Shown one piece after another: positions 56,866 through 64,000 of a stretch of DNA of 64,000 nucleotides. Position 1 is the stretch's first letter; the number at the start of each line of letters is the position of its first letter. Origin of the DNA: Actinocrinis sp. (lineage in GTDB: Bacteria; Actinomycetota; Actinomycetes; Streptomycetales; Catenulisporaceae); assembly GCA_036501535.1 (NCBI GenBank), contig DASYAE010000209.1:1-64000 (forward strand), in the 5' to 3' direction. Made by a program: the position numbers and the translations under genes. The notes below the pieces were generated by a model. It worked only from the letters and a program-made list of their open reading frames with translations, made no database searches and was not told the origin of the DNA.

Positions 56866-57674
56866 TGCGCGGCGCGAGTCGGGAGTCGCTCGAGCAGGCC
56901 CGCGAGGCGCTGGCCGCGCTGACCTCGGTCGGCTCCACCGACCTGACCGCCCTGTCCGACGACCTGGCCGCGATCGGCGCCGCCGTGGACGGCAACGTCG
57001 CGCTGCGCCGGCTGCTCAGCGACCCGGCCCGGCCCGGCGACGCGCGCGCCGCCCTGATCGGCGACCTGCTGCGCGGCAAGGTCGGCGACCCGGCGCTGGA
57101 CCTGGTCTCCGGCGTGGTGCGGTCCCGCTGGGCCGGCCCGCGCGACCTGGCCGACGCGCTGGACGTGCTGGCCACCGAGGCCGAGCTGGCGCTGGCCGAG
57201 AAGGCCGGGGCGCTGGACGCGGTGGAGGACGACCTGTTCCGGTTCGGCCGGATCCTGGCCGCGGAGCCCGAGCTGGCCTCGGCGCTCTCCGAGCGCATCC
57301 CGGCCGCGCAGCGCACCTCGCTGATCGACTCGCTGCTGGCCGGCAAGGCGAACCCGTCCTCGCTGCGGCTGATCCGCCGGCTGGTCGGCGCCCCGCGCGG
57401 CCGCTCGGTGACCGCCGGCGTCGAGGAGCTCAACCAGATCGCCGCGGAGCGCCGCCAGCGGCTCACCGCGCTGGTCATCGCCGCGGTGCCGCTGACCGAG
57501 GCGCAGCGCGACCGGCTGGCCCGGATCCTGACCCGGTCCTACGGCCGGCAGGTGCGGCTTAACGTGGAACTGGACGAAAAGCTCGTCGGAGGACTGACCG
57601 TCCGCATTGGGGACGATTTCATCGACGGCTCGCTCTCCGGCCGGATCGCCGAGGCCGCCCGCACCGCGTCGTGA
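56865..57674 (+). CDS. atpH: F0F1 ATP synthase subunit delta
   Basis: 269 aa, OSCP/delta-like. The start overlaps the atpF stop (TGATG). Confidence 0.88.
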   Translation: MRGASRESLEQAREALAALTSVGSTDLTALSDDLAAIGAAVDGNVALRRLLSDPARPGDARAALIGDLLRGKVGDPALDLVSGVVRSRWAGPRDLADALDVLATEAELALAEKAGALDAVEDDLFRFGRILAAEPELASALSERIPAAQRTSLIDSLLAGKANPSSLRLIRRLVGAPRGRSVTAGVEELNQIAAERRQRLTALVIAAVPLTEAQRDRLARILTRSYGRQVRLNVELDEKLVGGLTVRIGDDFIDGSLSGRIAEAARTAS

Positions 57675-57754
57675 ACCCGTAACACCGAACACCGAACCAG
57701 GCAGCATTCGTGGGCGAGGGCCCGACACTGAACTTTGAGGAGTTAGGAAGACTC

Positions 57755-59395
57755 ATGACGGAGCTGACAATCCGTCCCGAGGAGATCCGGGACGCGCTGG
57801 AGCGCTTCGTCTCGTCGTACGAGCCTTCGGCCGCGAACGTCGACGAGATCGGTACCGTCACCGACGTCGGTGACGGCATCGCGCATGTCGAGGGGCTCCC
57901 CTCGGCGATGACGAACGAGCTGCTGAAGTTCGAGGACGGGACGCTGGGCATCGCCCTGAACCTCGACGTGCGCGAGATCGGCGTGGTCATCATGGGCGAC
58001 TACGCCGGCATCGAGGAGGGCCAGGCGGTCCGGCGCACCGGCGAGATCCTGTCCACCCCGGTCGGCGACAAGTTCCTCGGCCGGGTGGTGGACCCGCTCG
58101 GCGAGCCGATCGACGGGCTCGGCCCGATCGAGGCCGAGGGCCGGCGCATCCTCGAGCTGCAGGCCCCCACGGTCATGCAGCGCCAGGGCGTCAACGAGCC
58201 GCTGCAGACCGGCATCAAGGCCATCGACTCGATGACCCCGATCGGCCGCGGCCAGCGCCAGCTGATCATCGGCGACCGGCAGACCGGCAAGACCGCGATC
58301 TGCATCGACACCATCCTGAACCAGAAGGCCAACTGGGCCTCGGGCGACCCGGTGAAGCAGGTGCGCTGCATCTACGTGGCGATCGGGCAGAAGGGCTCGA
58401 CCATCGCCGCGGTGCGCCAGGCGCTGGAGGACAACGGCGCGCTGGAGTACACCACCATCGTGGCCTCCCCGGCCTCCGACGCGGCCGGCTTCAAGTACCT
58501 GGCCCCGTACACCGGCTCGGCCATCGGCCAGCACTGGATGTACGCCGGCAAGCACGTGCTGATCGTGTTCGACGACCTGTCCAAGCAGGCCGAGGCCTAC
58601 CGGGCCATGTCGCTGCTGCTGCGCCGCCCGCCGGGCCGCGAGGCCTACCCCGGCGACGTGTTCTACCTGCACTCCCGGCTGCTGGAGCGGTGCGCCAAGC
58701 TGTCCGACGACATGGGCTCCGGCTCGATGACCGGCCTGCCGATCGTGGAGACCAAGGCGAACGACATCTCCGCGTTCATCCCGACCAACGTCATCTCCAT
58801 CACCGACGGCCAGTGCTTCCTGGAGACCGACCTGTTCAACTCGGGCGTGCGCCCGGCGGTGAACGTCGGCACCTCGGTCTCCCGGGTCGGCGGCGCGGCG
58901 CAGGTGCGCGCGATGCGGCAGGTCTCCGGCTCGCTGCGGGTGGACCTGGCCCAGTTCCGCGACCTCGAGGCCTTTGCCGCCTTCGCCTCGGACCTCGACG
59001 ACGCCTCCAAGGCCCAGCTGGCCCGCGGCCAGCGCATGGTCGAGGTGCTCAAGCAGGGCCAGTACTCGCCGTACCCGGTCGAGGACCAGGTGGTGGCGAT
59101 CTGGGCGGGCACCTCCGGCGAGCTCGACGAGGTCCCGGCCGAGGACGTGCGGCGGTTCGAGCGCGAGCTGCTCGACCACCTCAAGTCGGCCCACGCGGAG
59201 ATCCTCACCAGCATCGCCACCACGTCCGAGAAGCTCTCGGACGACACGATCAACCTGCTGAAGTCCGCGGTCTCCGGGTTCAAGGACACCTTCGAGAAGG
59301 GCGACGGCACGCTGCTGCGCGGCGACGTGGCCGAGTCCCCGCTCGACCCGTCCGACGTCGGCCAGGAGAAGATCACCCGGCACGCGAAGGGCTGA
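57755..59395 (+). CDS. atpA: F0F1 ATP synthase subunit alpha
   Basis: GDRQTGKT Walker A, and ...[22 protein letters not shown].... ATG at 57755 with an AGGAAG ribosome-binding site; the track start 57710 is an extension. Confidence 0.95.
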   Translation: MTELTIRPEEIRDALERFVSSYEPSAANVDEIGTVTDVGDGIAHVEGLPSAMTNELLKFEDGTLGIALNLDVREIGVVIMGDYAGIEEGQAVRRTGEILSTPVGDKFLGRVVDPLGEPIDGLGPIEAEGRRILELQAPTVMQRQGVNEPLQTGIKAIDSMTPIGRGQRQLIIGDRQTGKTAICIDTILNQKANWASGDPVKQVRCIYVAIGQKGSTIAAVRQALEDNGALEYTTIVASPASDAAGFKYLAPYTGSAIGQHWMYAGKHVLIVFDDLSKQAEAYRAMSLLLRRPPGREAYPGDVFYLHSRLLERCAKLSDDMGSGSMTGLPIVETKANDISAFIPTNVISITDGQCFLETDLFNSGVRPAVNVGTSVSRVGGAAQVRAMRQVSGSLRVDLAQFRDLEAFAAFASDLDDASKAQLARGQRMVEVLKQGQYSPYPVEDQVVAIWAGTSGELDEVPAEDVRRFERELLDHLKSAHAEILTSIATTSEKLSDDTINLLKSAVSGFKDTFEKGDGTLLRGDVAESPLDPSDVGQEKITRHAKG

Positions 59396-61798
<2,403 letters not shown>

Positions 61799-61959
61799 GG
61801 AAGCCGGCGGGGGAGAGCGCCGCGCGCCGTCCGGAGCGCCCGGCGCGCCGCCGCCGGGCGGCCAGCTTCCGGAGCCGCCGCCCGATCCGCCGGGAGCGTG
61901 CCGGGCGGCGCGGATAGTTCGATAGTCTTTAGCCGAAGAAGCAGTGAAGGAGCCGCAGC

Positions 61960-62361
61960 ATGGCCGATCTGGAAGTGGCGCTGGTCGCGGCCGACCGCGA
62001 GGTGTGGTCCGGCCAGGCGTCCATCGTCGTGGCCAAGACGGTCGACGGCGACATCGGCATCAAGGCCGGGCACCAGCCGGTCATGTCCGTGCTGCAGACC
62101 TCGGTGGCCACCATCCGCACCGTGGACGAGGCCGGGCTGCCGGGCGAGAGCCTGACGGTCGCCCTGCACGGCGGGTTCATCTCGGTGGACTCCGACCGGG
62201 TCTCGCTGCTCGGCGAGGCCGTGGAGCTGTCCGACGAGATCGACGTGGCCCGGGCCGAGGACGCGCTGGCCCGGGCGCGGGCCGGCGAGTTCGGCGCCGA
62301 CTCCGAGGCGGCCGAGCAGCGGGCGCTGGTACGCCTGCGCGCGGCCGGGCGCGCGCAGTAA
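61960..62361 (+). CDS. atpC: F0F1 ATP synthase subunit epsilon
   Basis: 133 aa. N-terminal beta-sandwich (VALVAADREVWSGQASIVVAKTVDGDIGI) and a C-terminal helical hairpin. Confidence 0.9.
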   Translation: MADLEVALVAADREVWSGQASIVVAKTVDGDIGIKAGHQPVMSVLQTSVATIRTVDEAGLPGESLTVALHGGFISVDSDRVSLLGEAVELSDEIDVARAEDALARARAGEFGADSEAAEQRALVRLRAAGRAQ

Positions 62362-62471
62362 CACGGGAGAGATTGGCGAAGGCGATGTCGGTCAACGGAG
62401 CGCGGATGAGCAGAGGCGCGGCGCCGGCGGGCGCCGTGGTCGACGCCGTACGTCATCGGTGTCGGTGACCG

Positions 62472-63095
62472 ATGACGGCCGCGCTGACCGACCTGCTCGA
62501 GATCCTGGCCGTCCTCTGCCTTGCCTTCGTCTGCGCCATAGGGGTGCTGTTCGCCCGCCGGGTGACCATCCGCCGCCGCGGCGGGACCTTCGACTGCAGC
62601 CTGCGCCTGACCCCGCTGCCGGACGCCCCCAGAGGGCTGGCCCGGCAGGGTGAGGCGCGGGCTGCGGTGCGTTCCGGGGCGGGCGGCGCGGGACCGGCCG
62701 GGACCGGCGGCGGGGGCGGCGCCGAGGCGGAGAGCAGGATCGTCGCGCCGGCCGAGCGCGGCACCCGGGTCCCGTGGAGCGCTTCGGGCGTACGCGCCGG
62801 GCGCGGCTGGTCCTACGGCATAGCCCAGTACGAGAACGACCGGATCGACTGGTACCGGATCTTCTCCTACGCCTACCGGCCGGCGGCCGTGCTGACCCGC
62901 CGGGACCTCGAGGTGGTCTCCCGCCGCGAGGCCGTGGACGGCGAGGAGCTGGCGCTGTTCCCGGGCTGGACCATCGTGGAGTGCCGGTTCGGCTCCGGCC
63001 TGGTCGAGCTGGCCATGGCCCCGGACGCGCTGACCGGCTTCCTCTCCTGGCTCGAGGCGGCCCCGCCCGGCCAGGACGTCAACCGGGTGGCGTGA
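62472..63095 (+). CDS. conserved actinobacterial membrane-anchored protein (DUF2550-like) downstream of atpC
   Basis: N-terminal TM helix LLEILAVLCLAFVCAIGVLFA, and C-terminus ...WYRIFSYAYRPAAVLTRRDLEVVSRREAVDGEELALFPGWTIVECRF.... Its position after atpC matches the conserved actinobacterial gene. Confidence 0.65.
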   Translation: MTAALTDLLEILAVLCLAFVCAIGVLFARRVTIRRRGGTFDCSLRLTPLPDAPRGLARQGEARAAVRSGAGGAGPAGTGGGGGAEAESRIVAPAERGTRVPWSASGVRAGRGWSYGIAQYENDRIDWYRIFSYAYRPAAVLTRRDLEVVSRREAVDGEELALFPGWTIVECRFGSGLVELAMAPDALTGFLSWLEAAPPGQDVNRVA

Positions 63096-63262
63096 GCACG
63101 TGGCGTGAGCGCAGGCCACCGCTCCGCCGCACGCACGAATATCAACCCTGATGTGAATGCAGGCGCGCGCGAGCGCGCCGGGGGACATCCGCGCCGCACG
63201 CGCATCGGCACGGATACGAACGATCCGGGACGCGTCCGGGGAGGGCCGACACCAGGCCCGAC

Positions 63263-63278
63263 CGGAAACGTTTCCGGA
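63263..63278. promoter_or_regulatory. perfect 16-bp palindrome CCGGAAACGTTTCCGG, a LacI/GalR-type operator-like site
   Basis: Seen directly. Core GAAACGTTTC with a central CG, as in LacI-family operators. It lies about 630 nt upstream of the partial secreted-protein gene at the window end. Confidence 0.35.
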
Positions 63279-63912
63279 CCGCCTCCGCAGGGATTATCCG
63301 GATCCTGGTCGAGCGCGTCAATCCCCCCGTCCGCGGTCCCCGTCTGAGTGTGTCGCAGGATGCGTGGTCAGAGCCGCTGAGCAGAGCCTTCGCCGCCGGC
63401 GGAGGCGCGACCCCGGCGGCGCGCGGCCCGCACCGGCGGGAGCGAGCCTTGACACGCCCGAACCGCGGCAGTTCACTGAGCGCGTCCGAGGGCGCTCATC
63501 CAGCTCCAGCACCGACACCTGTTCGGCAGCTGCGACGGACGCCCACAGACCGGGAGCCGTGACGGCGCTCCGCCTCCCGTAACCGGTATGCCATGCCGAC
63601 GGTCAATCCGGCGGGCCGACATCCATGCGGTCCCCGCGCGTCCGGCTGCCGGTCCCTGTCCGACGACACCCTCGGCCGTGACCGCCGCGCTGTTCCGCGA
63701 CGGCGCCCCGGCCGGGCCAGCGCCCTGCGGCCGTGCCGTGCCCGGTCGCCCCGCCCCACCACGCAGTTCGTGTATTCCAGTTCGCATTCTCCACCGTCCG
63801 GTGGTCCCCTTCGGCCGCGCGGCGCGGATCATCCGCTCCCGGGACCGCGGTGACGCACGTGTCGCCGCGCCCGGGCACCGCCGCCGCGACCGGGAAAGGC
63901 AGAGCAGAAACC

Positions 63913-64000
63913 ATGATCAGACCCAGAAGGCCGTCGCCCCGCGGGCGGCACGGAATCGGCGCCGTCGTCGCTGTGGCGGCCCTGGTGCTCGGCGGCACGT
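63913..64000 (+). CDS. 5' end of a secreted protein gene (partial, runs off the window)
   Basis: ATG preceded by GGGAAAGGCAGAG. MIRPRRPSPRGRHGIGAVVAVAALVLGGT is a Tat/Sec-like signal peptide. Confidence 0.45.
   Translation, partial: MIRPRRPSPRGRHGIGAVVAVAALVLGGT

Overview
This is a 64 kb stretch of a very high-GC (~70-73%) actinobacterial chromosome. Gene order around it resembles Streptomycetales and related orders: comEA-comEC-holA, rpsT/lepA/hemW/hrcA-dnaJ, phoH-ybeY-corC, and a wecA-like gene followed by atpIBEFHAGDC. I found no rRNA, tRNA, CRISPR array or transposase/integrase.

The first ~13 kb is an accessory-looking block. It holds a complete Tad/Flp pilus locus on the plus strand: a SAF-domain CpaB-like protein, TadZ, the TadA ATPase, TadB, TadC, an Flp prepilin, two TadE pseudopilins and TadG. 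A 1335-aa membrane protein (two TM helices, a LysM domain, a long Pro/Ser/Thr linker and a C-terminal BTAD domain) and a DegV protein follow it directly. Immediately downstream come comEA and a comEC whose reading frame is cut by a single in-frame TAG just upstream of a (CGCC)5 tetranucleotide repeat. The pilus genes next to the DNA-uptake genes form a candidate Tad-pilus-associated competence module.

Other notable content:
- a 5-domain chaplin-like protein with a cell-wall sorting signal, paired with a class-E sortase;
- a secreted clan GH-A glycoside hydrolase carrying Fn3 and CBM2 domains;
- a csoR-copA copper efflux pair with an operator-like palindrome;
- a CIRCE element upstream of hrcA-dnaJ;
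- several hairpin terminators and other candidate regulatory palindromes.

Many long minus-strand ORFs in the supplied track are GC-skew artefacts antisense to real genes and I rejected them. I read coordinates off the supplied text and translations, so gene starts in particular are approximate.
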